Made by a program: the position numbers and the translations under genes. From NCBI GenBank assembly GCA_963835065.1, contig CAWIEK010000054.1, positions 32,001 through 96,000 of the forward strand: a DNA stretch of 64,000 nt, written 5' to 3'. The stretch comes from an uncultured Chthonomonadaceae bacterium (lineage in GTDB: Bacteria; Armatimonadota; Chthonomonadetes; Chthonomonadales; Chthonomonadaceae). Below the pieces are notes generated by a model, which saw only the letters and a program-made list of their open reading frames with translations, had not been told where the DNA came from and searched no databases. Positions 36,799 through 48,383 of the stretch are shown in pieces; positions within the stretch are counted from its first letter, which is position 1, and the number at the start of each line of letters is the position of its first letter.

Positions 36799-37360
36799 AT
36801 GGCGGATTCTCCGATGACAGAGGCGCACAAACGCGCCTTGATCGTGGCGTATTACCTGTCTCGCTTTGACCGCAAAGGGGTTCGCGCGCTTGGGTACGCA
36901 ACTTCAAAAGAAGCCTTTGTTGAGATAGGCAGAGCATTAGGCGTGAAAACAGCCACCATCAAGCACATGCGCGAACTCGTTCGATCCCTACTGTTCACAG
37001 GTGTGCGTCGGTTGGTATCAGCGTCCCATTCTGCGCTCACGCGCCAATGTCATTCAAGCCTACGACGAGACAAGCGAAGCGGCCTTAGCAGAAATCGTCC
37101 GCGAGTTGCTGAACAGAAGTGGAGAAGCCGTTGAATCGTACATAGCTCCGGTAAGTGGGGGTTGAGGCCAATGCGGAACTGTCGCTTGACGATGAAAACG
37201 CCTTTGCCGCGCGACTGCGAACCGGCGAGACTGCCGAAACCTTCTTCATGCAGCAGTTTCCAACCCTTGCGATGTTTGCGGGCAGCAGGCTGGAAGACAC
37301 GCGCAAGTTCGGTATTGGCTTTGACTTCCGCGCTTCCTTTCCGCTCTGCTTTCGTCTTGT
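36799..37360 (+). pseudogene. frameshifted, truncated DUF3883-type protein
   Basis: AYYLSRFD..., FDPY...GWYQRP and RLRTGETAE...GIGFDF spread over three frames. Confidence 0.55.
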
Positions 37361-37399
37361 AATACCGCGATTACGCGCGGGTCTCTTGCCCACATTTGC

Positions 37400-37660
37400 A
37401 GCTTACCGGTTTCCAGAAACAGTTCCTTCAAGTTCTCCATTGCGTCAATCATCATTATTTCCTCTCGAAAGCTCACCTTCCTCCTCGACAATGAACACAT
37501 GGTCGGCGCACAGTTCCGGGATGTTGAGGCTGCTGTCCTCGAAGCGCACATTAGCGGATTCGATACCGGCCAATCGCAGCGCCGCATGAGGCTGGTCGCG
37601 AAACAGCCGCTTGACGCAACGATCTATCAGATTCGGAATGTCGCTGTCCGTATCGCTCAT
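37400..37660 (-). pseudogene. Rpn-like (PD-(D/E)XK transposase-related) N-terminal fragment
   Basis: DRCVKRLFRDQP...ELCADHVF motif; truncated. Confidence 0.45.
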
Positions 37661-37708
37661 AGAGTCCCGCCCACCTTTTCACGACTCCATACTTTTCATA
37701 CTGCCAGA

Positions 37709-38014
37709 CTACGACCTGACGCGATAAACGGGAAAGCCTCCAATAGCCGCCTTTTCAAAGCCATCAGGACGCGCCTTTAGGACGGCAGCAACCATATTCA
37801 CAGGCAAACCTGTCGCTTCGGCAACCCCTTCTGACGTATGCCATTGGCCTTTCGTCCGGGAATTGATAATCTCGACAGCTTCGGCAATCTCGACCGGGGC
37901 GGCGAACGGCACACCTGCGCGTTCCTTCGCGTCCGTTGCAGAGGCAACGGTGTATGGTAGGAACTTAGGCCTTCTACGAGGGAATTTGCTTTTGGGACGT
38001 GGTATGTTGTTCAT
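37709..38014 (-). CDS. small hypothetical protein, possible wHTH
   Basis: TSEGVAEATGLPVNMVAAVL resembles an HTH. Confidence 0.5.
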   Translation of the reverse strand: MNNIPRPKSKFPRRRPKFLPYTVASATDAKERAGVPFAAPVEIAEAVEIINSRTKGQWHTSEGVAEATGLPVNMVAAVLKARPDGFEKAAIGGFPVYRVRS

Positions 38015-38122
38015 AGCAGGATTATACGTTGCGCGTCGTGTTCTTGTCAACATAACTCTCAGAGCAACCGCAGGAAGTATTCTTGTTGTCTAACCGCCAA
38101 AATGCACACTCGTTGCATCGTC

Positions 38123-38260
38123 TGAACCATGATTTTACATGATTTAGAGGATGAGCATGAGGCGCTATTCTGTGCGAGGGCCTCTCTCATTAGCGGCATG
38201 TTTTGGCGATGGGCTTCCTCAATCATGGTAATCATCTAAATCATGTAAAATCATGGTTCG
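38123..38260. repeat. inverted 9-mer (AATCATGGT-like) array pair
   Basis: GAACCATGATTTTACATGATTTAGA and its reverse complement at 38235-38259. Confidence 0.85.
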
Positions 38261-38276
38261 GACATCCGTTCGCCTC

Positions 38277-41200
38277 CTATGGCCGCCTCGTCTTCGGAAA
38301 ATCGGCCTCATCCGAATACCAGACCTTCGCTGTTCCGTCACTACTCCCGGTGACGATACGTTTGCCATCGGGGGAGAACGCCACCGCCCTGACCTCGCCA
38401 TTATGCCCTTTAAGAGTGAGCGTCTCCTGCCCTGTTTCAGCGTCCCATACCTTGCTGTCTCCACTCCCGGTAACGATACGCTTGCCATCGGGTGAGTACG
38501 CAACGCAACTAATTGCGCCGGAACTTCCTTTGAGAGTGAGGAGTTCACGTCCTGTTACCGCATCCCAAACTTTCGCGGTGGTATCATCGCTGTCCATGGC
38601 TCGCCAGCCTGTACTGCCTGTGACGATACACTTGCCATCGGGTGAGTACGCCACAGAGCTGATTGCGCTGGAACTTCCTTTAAGAGTGAGTACCTCTCGC
38701 CCGGTAGCGGCATCCCACACTTTCGTGCCGTCGGAACTGGCGGTGACGATATATTTGCCGTTGGGTGAGAACGTTATGCAGTCGCTCCAAGACTTAATAG
38801 TAAGTATTGCTCGCCCGGTGGCAGTCTCCCATACCTTTGCTGTGCTGTCCTCACTTTTTGTGGCAATATGCTTGCCATCAGGCGAGAACGCCACAGAATA
38901 GACAGCGCCTGCATGTCCTTTGAGGGTGAGCATCTCACGTCCTATTGCCGCATCCCATATCTTCGCCGTGTTGTCCCAGCTGCCAGTTACAATATATTTG
39001 TCATCGGGAGAATATGCCACTGAACTGACGCCACTGGTATGTCCCTTGAGGGTAAGGTGCTCTTGTCCCGTTGCGGTATCCCATACCTTCGCCGTGCCAT
39101 CATCACTTCCGGTGACGATATTTTTACCCTTGGGAGAGAACGCGACGGAGAGTACCTTACCTTTATGTCTTTTGAGGGTGAGTGTCTCTCGTCTCTTTTA
39201 TGTGAGTTCCGCGCACGTCTGCTGCACAATGGAGCCGAGCAGCGCCTCTTCGAGAGGCTGTTGAGCTTGGGACGCGAACGCGGCTGGCTCAAGGTACGGG
39301 GCAAGCAGCGTACCGACAGCACACACGTCGTGGCGGCGGTACGCGCCCTCAACCGACTGGAAGGTGTCGGCGAGACCCTGCGTCATGCACTTAACACCCT
39401 GGCCGAAGCGGATCCGCAGTGGTTAGGAGCGCATCTTCCTTCCGAGTGGATCGACCGCTACGCCAAGCGCTTCGCCAGTGTGCGTCTGCCTCAGGGCAAA
39501 GAGGCGCGCGAAGCGCTGGCTCTATCCATTGGCGAAGATGGCTTTCCTCTTGCTCGCCTGGCTCCAACAACCGAGTACCCCCACAGCGCTCAACCTCCTG
39601 CCCGAAATCACGGTGTTGCGGCAGGTATGGATCCAGAATTTTGCCTTTGTGGAGGGCAAACTCACCTGGCGCGACACCAAGGATATGCCTTCTGCCGCCC
39701 AGTCCATCAACTCGCCTCATGATCCCCAAGCGCGCTACAGCATCAAACGCGAGACCACTTGGTGCGGTTACAAGGCGCATCTGAGTGAAACCTGCGATGA
39801 AGACGCTCCGCGCCTGATTACGCAGGTACAGACAACGGTCGGCACCACGCAAGACAGCGACATGACCGCCCAGAATCCATGCCGACCTCGAAGCCGCGGA
39901 CCGCTTACCGTCGCGGCATTTTGTGGACAGTGGGTATCTGGATGCCCAACTCCTCGTAGAAAGTCCGCAGGACTATGCCGTTGATCTCTATGGTCCTGTG
40001 CCGCGGGAGAACAGTTGGCAGGCCGTGGCGGCAGAGGGCTTTGCCGCCTACGACTTTGCGGTGGATTGGGAGAACCACAAAGTCACCTGTCCCGCGTGGC
40101 AAAACCAATGTCAAATGGTTAGAGGCGCCAGGATGCGGCGGGCAATCCGATGATAAACGTAGGGTTTGCCCGTGCCGAATGTGACGCGTTGTGAGGCGCG
40201 GGAACTCGGTTGTGGCATCCCAAACCTTTGCCGTTTTGTCACCACTTCCGGTGAGAATATGCTTGCTATCGGGAGAGAATGCTACGGAATAGATACAACT
40301 TGCATGTCCCTTTAATGTGAGAATTTCCTGCCCGGTTGTGGCATCCCACATCTTCGCTGTTTTGTCGTAACTTCCGGTGACGATACGTTTGCCATCAGGA
40401 GAGAACGCCACACATCTAACATCTCTGGTATGTCCTTTGAGGGTGAGCATCACACGTCCGGTCGCGACGTCCCAGACCTTGGCGGTGATACCGTAACCGT
40501 CCGTGATGATGCGTTTGCCATCGGGAGAGAACGCTACAGAACTGAATCCTTCAGGACCCTTGAGGGTGAGTTTCACTTGCCCTGTCGCAGCATCCCATAC
40601 TTTCGCTGTGCCAGCATGACTTCCAGTTAGGAGATATTTGCCGTCAGGAGAGTACATCACAGAACTGACGTCCCTAGTATGTCCTTTGAGAGTGAGCAGC
40701 TCTCGTCCTGTAGCTGCATCCCACACTCTCGCTGTGCCGTCGCCACTTCCAGTGGCAAGGCGCTTGCCATCGCGAGAGAATGCTAAAGTTTCAACCATCT
40801 GTGTACTCCCCTTCAGAGTGAGCATATTAAGGTGGAGCATCTCTCGTCCAGTATCAGCATCCCATATCCTCACTGGGTTATTAAAACCGCCTGAACTTTC
40901 AAAGCTGCTTGTAGCGATGCGTGTGCAGTCGGGTGAGACTGCTACGGAGTTGACCGCTATATGATGCCCTTTGAGAGTGAGAATCTCCCGACCGGTGGCT
41001 GCATCCCACACTTTGGCTGTGGTGTCGGCACTGCCTGTGACAATGCGTTTACCATCGGGAAAGTAGGCTACAGAGAGGACATCGCTTCTATGCCCCGCAA
41101 GAGATAACAGCGCAAGGTGGCTGAGACGATTCCAGTAGCCCCACTCGTAACCATGAAATCGACTCTGTCGCGTGTCTGCCAGCAGATCCGTGACATCGCT

Positions 41201-42558
41201 GAGGTCATTTGTTTCCCAATCGCGCTGAATGAGATTCATGCGGGCAATGTAGGAGGTACGTTCTGCGGTATCGGCCTGTATTTGGGCTTCCGTGGTAGCC
41301 TTACGGGCGAGGTCTGCGTTGTGGTTGGCGAGACGTGCCTGTGAAAAGCCATAGACAGCCAGCCTGATGACGACCGCGAGAACCGCACTGCTCAGGGTCA
41401 AAGCGCGTATAAGCCCCTGTCGGTAGGCGATACGCTGCCGCCGCAATTCCGCGCCCGGTATATGCGCTCGTACCCATTCACGGTCGAACACATGCGCATA
41501 GATACGGTTGCGGACTTTCAGTTCCCCACGCTCCACGCGGACGATTCCCGATAGTTTCAGTATGCTCGTCAGCGCGTTGGTTTCATCGTCTGCAACCCGC
41601 GCGTTTTGCCGCACTCTGGCGTACAAATCCAGCAGCGCCGTCAGGTCTACCTCGCTTTGCAGTAGACGGTTGCGCACAAACTGAAGGTTGTCGTCGCTTT
41701 CCATGGCTTTGTGCGCCAGAAACAGATTTGCGCACAGTCGGTCTACATCCTCATCCCGCAACGCCGCCGTGTCCTCCGCCACCAATTTGCACAGGCGCTG
41801 CGTCAGGTAGGGATGCCCGCCCGTCCAGTAGAGAACCCGGTTCAGGAGGGCGTACCCGTCGCGATCCGTCATGCTGATCCCTACGGATAGCGTAGCGGCC
41901 TCTTCGGGAGTGAAGTCGGTCAATTCGATGCGACGCCCGATGTTGAAGGGTGTCATCAGGGTGTTCTGAATCAGGTCGTTTGGCGTCGCCACCCCTAACA
42001 GGCAAAATGTCAACTTCTCGTACTCTGGTTCCTGCGCCCGCCGGTTGTAGCACTCCCGAATCGCCGCAAAGAATTCGTCCGTTGAGAACGGCAGCGAGCG
42101 CACAATGTCTATCTCATCCACGAACACCACAATAGGATTGGAACTGACTGCTAAAGTACGACATCGCGGATTGCCGCCATCCAGCGCTGCATCGGCCCCA
42201 GCGCCTTGTGGGACTGCCAGTAGTCGTCCAACTCGTCTTCAATCCGCAAATGCCGGCCCAATTGTTCCAACAGTCCGTAGTACCACTGCTCGACAGAGAG
42301 GTTCTGCCCCAGCGCGGTGAGATCAAGAACCGCGACCGCAACGCCCTCCTCCCGCAGCCGGTTAGCGGTCCGAACCATGAGCGAAGATTTGCCCATCTGC
42401 CGCGACGTAAGCACATAGCAGAACTGCCCGCCGCGCAGCCCTTCCAGAAGGTTGTGATCGGCCTGCCGGGTGACATAAGAGGGCGCATCGCCGGGCAGCG
42501 TTCCGCCGGGAATAAAGAAGGGCCGATTGCCGGCAGCAGATAAATCGTTTGGTTTCAT
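38277..42558 (-). pseudogene. AAA_35-like ATPase + TM + WD40-repeat protein, interrupted
   Basis: [16 protein letters not shown] and WTGGHPYLTQ motifs; many LKGH...VAFSPDGK...KVWD repeats; 1-nt frameshift near 42150 and an insertion at ~39194-40206. Confidence 0.88.
39194..40206 (+). mobile_element. internal fragment of an IS1182-family transposase (frameshifted)
   Basis: LCEFRARL, RGKQRTDSTHV, SPHDPQARY, GYKAHLSETCD and VDSGY motifs. Confidence 0.85.
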
Positions 42559-44369
42559 AACAGACTCCTGGTAAGATAGAGAGTATAGAGTTGACAGCGG
42601 GGGTGGATGTCTGCCGGTGTTTCCCCGACCATGACACCCGCGCTGCGAAGACGGTAAAAACTTTCGGCGGACGGACAACCCTGCCCGCGCAGCAGGTCCC
42701 GAACCACTTCCATCAGGTCGGTATCCTGCCGGAGCGCAAGCAGCATCCGCTCCAGATGGTCGCCGAAAATGCCGTCGTCGCGCTCCGCCTGCGCTTCGAT
42801 AGCGGCCATGTCCAGCCCGCGCGCCTTCATCTCGTGCAGCGCGCGCCGAACAAGGTAGGGATGGCCTCCCACGAGATCGAAAAGACGGGCGACTTCCTCC
42901 CTGCCCGCAAGCGGCGTCCCGTAACGCCGGTTGAGGTCGGCTGCCTGCTCCCCTGTCAGGTCGTCGAGCGCGACGCGCGTACCGACGTTGAAGGGCGATT
43001 GGTTCAGGTCGGTGATGAAAAGCCGCGCTTCAGTCGCATACGCCATTACCAGCGTCAGGCGGCTGATCAGACCTTCCGGGGCGAAGGAGCGCTCGTTATA
43101 CCAGGCGCGAAATAGTCCGAATACGTCGCTGCGATACTCGCAGGGTAAGAGGCGATCCACCTCATCCAGCCCCCAGACAACCGGCGTGTCCGCTTTGTTT
43201 AACACCGCATTGCGCAGAAACCGCTCGAAGTTGGCCCCGGGCGCGCGATCCGGGTTCCATGCCTGCCGGGGAGAAGCGTCCAGTTCCAGTTGATCGGCTA
43301 TCAATTGCGCCAGCGCCAGGAAGAAGGTTTCGACCGTCTCAAAGTCCGCCGCCGCCAGCTTCTGCAAGTCTGTGAGAATCAGGTGCGCGCCTGCCTGCCT
43401 TGCCTGATCAAGCCCGCGAACCAGCAGACTGGTTTTACCGATTTGCCGGGGGCCTTTCACCAGAACGATGCTGTCGCGCCGGGCAATGGCGGCGCGGAAC
43501 TCCCCGTCTGCCAGTCGCGGGATGTAGAAGGGCGACTTGAGCGGAACCGCGCCCCCAACCGGCTCGTAGCCCGTAAAATCCGGCAGCAGTTCCACCGCAA
43601 CATGTGTCGGCTTCTCCTGCAATCGGTTGTACAGCGCGGTCATGTCGGCAGGGGGTTCCAGCCTGCCGCGCCGGTAGAGGTAGTCGCGATAATGCGCGTA
43701 GACGGTCATCGCTTCCAGTCGTTCTCCGGCCTCCGCAAGCGCCTCCATAAGCTGACGCCACGCCGTTTCAAGTAGGGGCATTTCGATTACCAGCCGGCGC
43801 AGATAGCGCGCGGCAGCCGTGTATTCGTGTTCCGCAGCCGCCTGTTCCGCCAGTTGCCGCAGCGCGTTTACGTAGAGATTCCGGTATCTTTCCCGCGCTT
43901 TGACGACCCAGCCTTCCTCCCAGCCTTCCAGCAGCGGCCCCCTGTAGAGCGACACGGCTTGCTCCATCGCGGCCCGGTCGCCCTGCGCCAGCGCCTGCTC
44001 GAAGGCGATAGTGTCCACGAACACGCCGTCAGCGCGAAAGACGACGGTTCCATTTGTCGCTTCGATGCGCCGCCCCTCGTTTGCAAGCGTCTGCCGCAAT
44101 TTGCGGACACTCTGGCGCAGACTGGCGAGCGCCTTTTCGATCTCTACAGGCATCGAATCCTGTTCCGTCCAGAAGGTTTGCGCCAGCGCTGTGGCGCGGA
44201 GCGCCTGGTCAGGATGCAGGGCGAGAAAGGCGAGCAGCGAGGCTCCAGACCGCAGGCGCAGTTCCGGCAACAATTGGCCGTTGCGCAGCGCCTCAAACGC
44301 CCCGAATAACCGAATGGTCAGTGGGACATCGTTTATTTCGCTCTTGGATATCGCAGGTGGCGAAAACAT
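42555..44369 (-). CDS. SARP-type wHTH-BTAD regulator fused to an AAA_35-like ATPase
   Basis: [30 protein letters not shown] and GGHPYL motifs; ATGA overlap with the next gene. Confidence 0.9.
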   Translation of the reverse strand: MFSPPAISKSEINDVPLTIRLFGAFEALRNGQLLPELRLRSGASLLAFLALHPDQALRATALAQTFWTEQDSMPVEIEKALASLRQSVRKLRQTLANEGRRIEATNGTVVFRADGVFVDTIAFEQALAQGDRAAMEQAVSLYRGPLLEGWEEGWVVKARERYRNLYVNALRQLAEQAAAEHEYTAAARYLRRLVIEMPLLETAWRQLMEALAEAGERLEAMTVYAHYRDYLYRRGRLEPPADMTALYNRLQEKPTHVAVELLPDFTGYEPVGGAVPLKSPFYIPRLADGEFRAAIARRDSIVLVKGPRQIGKTSLLVRGLDQARQAGAHLILTDLQKLAAADFETVETFFLALAQLIADQLELDASPRQAWNPDRAPGANFERFLRNAVLNKADTPVVWGLDEVDRLLPCEYRSDVFGLFRAWYNERSFAPEGLISRLTLVMAYATEARLFITDLNQSPFNVGTRVALDDLTGEQAADLNRRYGTPLAGREEVARLFDLVGGHPYLVRRALHEMKARGLDMAAIEAQAERDDGIFGDHLERMLLALRQDTDLMEVVRDLLRGQGCPSAESFYRLRSAGVMVGETPADIHPRCQLYTLYLTRSLL

Positions 44370-44387
44370 CCTTACTCCTGATAATGC

Positions 44388-44440
44388 CGGTGTTCGGTAT
44401 TCGGTGTTCGGTATTCGGTGTTGGGTATTGGGTGTTCGAA
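44388..44440. repeat. (GGTGTTC/GGTATTC)n heptamer array
   Basis: About 7 tandem units upstream of the SARP gene. Confidence 0.85.
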
Positions 44441-44746
44441 CAATCCGGCATCTTCATGCTCTAAGGCGCGCGCAGCGCATGGAGGCTAATCAAGATCGTT
44501 CGCTACATCAGTATAAGCGGATTTGAGGCTGTTTTCGTCTTGGTCACAGTTTCGTCACGGGTTTATTTTCGTGTCATTCAGGGGCAGGGGTGACAGTGAG
44601 GGTTGGCGAGGGAATCGAGAGATTGACATGCTTCTTACAGATAGAACAGCCTGACTTTTAACCCGTTCCCTGTCTCGTCCCTCTTCCTCCGCTCGTTTCT
44701 GCCGATAATTCCAGTCGGCAAGGACGAAGCGGGAGGAAAAACCATC

Positions 44747-45298
44747 GTGAGCGCGGAGATAGGTTTGGAACGGAATACGGGCAGGAAGAACGCGCTGCCC
44801 TCAAGCAGTGAACGGGTGCGCGAATACGCGGCGGGGCGCGAGTTCACGCGGCGGTTCCGTAATCTGCTGTGCGAACTGCGGATGCAGCCGGGGATACATC
44901 AGCGGGCGGAAACCCTGCTGACGGAATTTGCCGAAGCGCATCCCCATCTGCGCGCCTCTTATCTGTCGCGGGACGTGGACGAATCGTACTTCAGCGACGG
45001 AAGCTGCGGCTGGGAAGCGAACGCGCGGCCCAAATTGCAGGGCATTGCCATTGAGGGCGAAAACCTGTTCGAGTTTCTGGCCTTTTCCAACGGCCTGCGG
45101 ATGCACTCCACGCCCCTGCAAACGATTATGAACGTGGAAGAATTGTGGCTGGAACCCGCGCCCGATCAGCCGTTCGTGTTTCGCGCCTGCCTGTTCCACA
45201 GCTTTCCCGCCACCACGATTCTATACGCGCTGCACCCGGACGTACAGGAATCCGCCGTCGCCTTTTTGCAGCGATTGAAATACCTGCGGGGGTTTTAA
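44747..45298 (+). CDS. hypothetical protein
   Basis: 183-aa ORF with a GGAGG RBS and host-like codon usage. Confidence 0.65.
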   Translation: MSAEIGLERNTGRKNALPSSSERVREYAAGREFTRRFRNLLCELRMQPGIHQRAETLLTEFAEAHPHLRASYLSRDVDESYFSDGSCGWEANARPKLQGIAIEGENLFEFLAFSNGLRMHSTPLQTIMNVEELWLEPAPDQPFVFRACLFHSFPATTILYALHPDVQESAVAFLQRLKYLRGF

Positions 45299-45304
45299 CG
45301 CGCC

Positions 45305-45664
45305 ATGCCACGCCCGCATTATGCCCCGACAGGCGGCCCTATCCGCGCCGCATGGAATACCCCGGACGCCCGCAAGCGCCACCGCGCCCTCCCCGCCCTG
45401 TCGTCGCGCGGTTCCGCAGCGCCTTCCAGACCTGCGGAAGATGCCGCGCCCGAATTGCAGGTTTCGGCAGCCAAGCCGCACAGCCGGGACGCGGCGCGTT
45501 CCGAACCTTCTTCCCAACAGCCTGCTTGCCTTCCCCCGGCCTCCCGTCAACACCCGGTTGACGCGCTTCCGGTGAACCATCATCGCTTTTTGTTGTGGAT
45601 TACCGCCTGCCTGTGCCTGGCCGCCCTGCTGTTCACCCTTGCCGTTTTCACTTATCGCGGCTAA
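45305..45664 (+). CDS. hypothetical protein with a C-terminal TM helix
   Basis: FLLWITACLCLAALLFTLAVF. Confidence 0.55.
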   Translation: MPRPHYAPTGGPIRAAWNTPDARKRHRALPALSSRGSAAPSRPAEDAAPELQVSAAKPHSRDAARSEPSSQQPACLPPASRQHPVDALPVNHHRFLLWITACLCLAALLFTLAVFTYRG

Positions 45665-45699
45665 AAAACGCAGGCTTGTTCTTGCCAATCTATTGAAGG

Positions 45700-46698
45700 T
45701 TAAATTGTTTCCTTAAAGGCGGAGTGGGGGTGGGTAAGCAGGCGATTCATCAGGGCTTCATCGGGAGTGATATCGAGGTGGCGCAGCGCCAGTAAGACCG
45801 CGCCGGCAGCCGAGGACAGGAGGGGCGTTGCCAGTCGGTACGTGTTCGGCGCGCGGGAATCAAGCGTTTCGGCAACCGCCTGCTGCATATACGGACTGCG
45901 GGCCGCGCTGCCGATCAGCGCCACCGAGATTGGAAGCGAAACAAACGCCTGTCCGAGCAAATGGACGCTGATGCCTATCAGTTCCGCCGCCTCCCGGCAC
46001 GTCCGGCGGGGCAGGGGCGCTCCTTCCAGCGCAAACCGCGTGACGAGGGGAGCCATGCGCCCCCATTTGTGAATTTTGTCCGTCCACGTCTGCGCGCCCC
46101 ACTCGGAGGCCATTTGCCACAGGGCTGCCGTGTTCTCCACTTCCCAAAAATCAAGAACGGCCTGCACAAACGCGCCGTCTTCGGCAACGGCCTCGCCCAC
46201 CAAAAGCCGATGCAGGCAGCGCAGCGTCAGGGCGCGCGCCGCCGTATCCGCATACTGGTTGAAATCATAATTGCGCAGTTCTCGCCCGGCCTCGTTGACG
46301 CCGAACGTGATTGCGCCCGTGCCCGCGATAACAATAATGCCGGGTTGGGACAGCAGCGCGCCCGCGTGAGCCACAACCGCGTCGTTGACGTGCAGGCGCG
46401 GCCCGCCAAGTTCCGCATTGTCGGTCAGACGGCGCGCCCATTCCTGATCTTCGGGCTTGTCCAGCCCTGCCAGTCCCGCAACCAGAGCGCGAACATCCGC
46501 CATGCCCCGCCCGATTTGCGCAAGCGCGGCTGCAATCGCCGTTTGCAGATGCTCCCGCGCGTCTGCTTCCCGATTGTGCGATAAGCTCGCGCCGCCTGAC
46601 TCGGCATATCCAAGCGTTTGTCCGTCAAGCCCGCAGCACAAGGCGCGGGTCACGGTTCCGCCCCCGTCCAATCCGACAACAACCCCGCGCTCGTCCAT
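45700..46698 (-). CDS. BadF/BadG-family N-acetylglucosamine kinase-like protein
   Basis: GLDGGGTVT, GLAGLD, NDA and IAGTG motifs. Confidence 0.88.
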   Translation of the reverse strand: MDERGVVVGLDGGGTVTRALCCGLDGQTLGYAESGGASLSHNREADAREHLQTAIAAALAQIGRGMADVRALVAGLAGLDKPEDQEWARRLTDNAELGGPRLHVNDAVVAHAGALLSQPGIIVIAGTGAITFGVNEAGRELRNYDFNQYADTAARALTLRCLHRLLVGEAVAEDGAFVQAVLDFWEVENTAALWQMASEWGAQTWTDKIHKWGRMAPLVTRFALEGAPLPRRTCREAAELIGISVHLLGQAFVSLPISVALIGSAARSPYMQQAVAETLDSRAPNTYRLATPLLSSAAGAVLLALRHLDITPDEALMNRLLTHPHSAFKETI

Positions 46699-46716
46699 GC
46701 GTTGCTTTCCTCACTT

Positions 46717-46864
46717 CGTAATTCTTCACCACCAAGACGCCAAGAACACCAAATAAAGCAGGCGCTGCCAACAGATCAGAATGCGTCAAGCTTTTAACAT
46801 CTTCCGCAATTCTACAACGTCCTTCTTCTTGGTGTTCTTGGAGGCTTGGTGGTGAAGAATTACC
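46717..46864. repeat. inverted 9-mer (CCAAGAnnn) cassette
   Basis: GTAATTCTTCACCACCAAGACGCCAAGAACACCAA ... TTGGTGTTCTTGGAGGCTTGGTGGTGAAGAATTAC. Confidence 0.85.
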
Positions 46865-47032
46865 TCACTTCTTTTTTGCGGTTCCATGCGGGGCAGAAGC
46901 GGCGGGCGCGTCCAGATCGGATTCGGCTTTATGCAGCGAATTGGTGTAGGCATTGATACCCCACAAACCGGCGACGATAGCCGCAATCGCCACGACAAGG
47001 CCGATTATCAGCTTCATAGATTTGCCCGACAT
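46865..47032 (-). CDS. small membrane protein
   Basis: AGGAG RBS and a single TM helix. Confidence 0.6.
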   Translation of the reverse strand: MSGKSMKLIIGLVVAIAAIVAGLWGINAYTNSLHKAESDLDAPAASAPHGTAKKK

Positions 47033-47291
47033 GATTTGTCTCCTGAAAACGCGAACAAAATGGAATGGTTTAGAATTCGTCAAAGCAACACAGGAATCCT
47101 GCTTCATTCCACCCCGATGTAACAGTTCAGGGTTGTGAGTATCTTTTTAGCGTCTGCCTCGTAATGCGCTTGGCAAGTCTGATAAAGAGAGGAAACCCCT
47201 TTCGATGAGAATGGTATTTTTATGCTGATGATTTGTAAATAGGTTTGAACATATTTTTTTCAAGGTCACAGTTGCCGGTACATTGGGATAT

Positions 47292-47427
47292 TCCGCTCTG
47301 TAACGCAACACAGCCTTGCGGCATAAACGCAAGGCTGTTTTTACGTCACGCTATGGGTTTGTCGGCTTACGCGGCGGGAACTTCCTGCCCGACTTGGAGA
47401 GCCAGCTGTTCGGCTAATTCCAGATTG
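47292..47427. repeat. diverged direct repeat of 48609-48840 (glycosyltransferase 3' end plus downstream hairpin)
   Basis: Both copies encode NLELAEQLALQVGQEVPAA* and carry the AGCCTTGCG..CGCAAGGCT hairpin. Confidence 0.9.
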
Positions 47428-47523
47428 TGCCTGCCGCTTAATCTGTTTCGTTTCGGCAGCCTATGGTATAATCAAAGCAGGATTGCATGGTGATACTGCA
47501 ATAATCACTGCGAAGGAAGGTGC

Positions 47524-48066
47524 ATGTCCGAAAACAACGCCGACAGTCTTCTCGATTATCTTTTATCCGCTTCTGCGCTCCCGTTGCCACCTGCCAGAGA
47601 AGCCGAAGAAGTGGTTCAGGAAATTCTTTCCTGCCTGTACAATCCGGCGCGTAGCGGTGGCGTTACCTATAACCTGTACTTTGGCGATCAGTGGGGACAG
47701 CCCTTATACGCTGTTGGCTTGAACAATGATTGGACTGAGGAGGCGGATGCAGCGCAACTGAGTTATGCGCTCCGTGAGTTTTTGCATAAGCATCAGGGAT
47801 GGCTCAGTAATCCGCGTTGCTGTATCGGCGTGTGGCGCGGTGGTGCAGAAGGCGATTTTGTGGCTATCCTGGACGTTTCCGTACTCGTCTACAATGAAGA
47901 GGTAGCGCGTCGCTTCGGCAGAGATAGCAACCAGATTGCCATTTTCTCCCTGCAAGAAGGCCGCGAAATTCCAACAGAAGGAACCGGCGAATCCACCGCA
48001 GCGCGCTTGCGCCGTTTGGAACAGGAAGACCGCATAACGCTAGATTTAGGAGCAGACAATGAGTGA
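47524..48066 (+). CDS. hypothetical protein
   Basis: 180-aa ORF with a GGAAGG RBS, overlapping the next ORF. Confidence 0.7.
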   Translation: MSENNADSLLDYLLSASALPLPPAREAEEVVQEILSCLYNPARSGGVTYNLYFGDQWGQPLYAVGLNNDWTEEADAAQLSYALREFLHKHQGWLSNPRCCIGVWRGGAEGDFVAILDVSVLVYNEEVARRFGRDSNQIAIFSLQEGREIPTEGTGESTAARLRRLEQEDRITLDLGADNE

Positions 48067-48367
48067 AACAATTCTATCGCCGGACGCTGCCACAGAGGAA
48101 CCGTCGCGCCTGTATACGCGATGGCGGGGCGTGACCGTTTCGCATATAGAGTACGGCAACCCTCTCCACCTGACCTTTGTTATTGCTCTGACATTGGACA
48201 ATGGCGCAATCAGGCACTTTTCCAAAGCGGTGTGGGTAACGGATGCCATTTTGCAGGAACGTTTGCGCCGCGAAGTCAGACCCGGCGACCACATCCGCGT
48301 CCATCTGGAAACCGATTGGGCGGACGCTGACATTCCAACGGTTCTCAAAGATTTCTGTCTCGCATAG
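48059..48367 (+). CDS. hypothetical protein (OB-fold-like size)
   Basis: AGGAG RBS; 102 aa. Confidence 0.65.
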   Translation: MSETILSPDAATEEPSRLYTRWRGVTVSHIEYGNPLHLTFVIALTLDNGAIRHFSKAVWVTDAILQERLRREVRPGDHIRVHLETDWADADIPTVLKDFCLA

Positions 48368-48383
48368 GAGCATTTCGGCGAAG

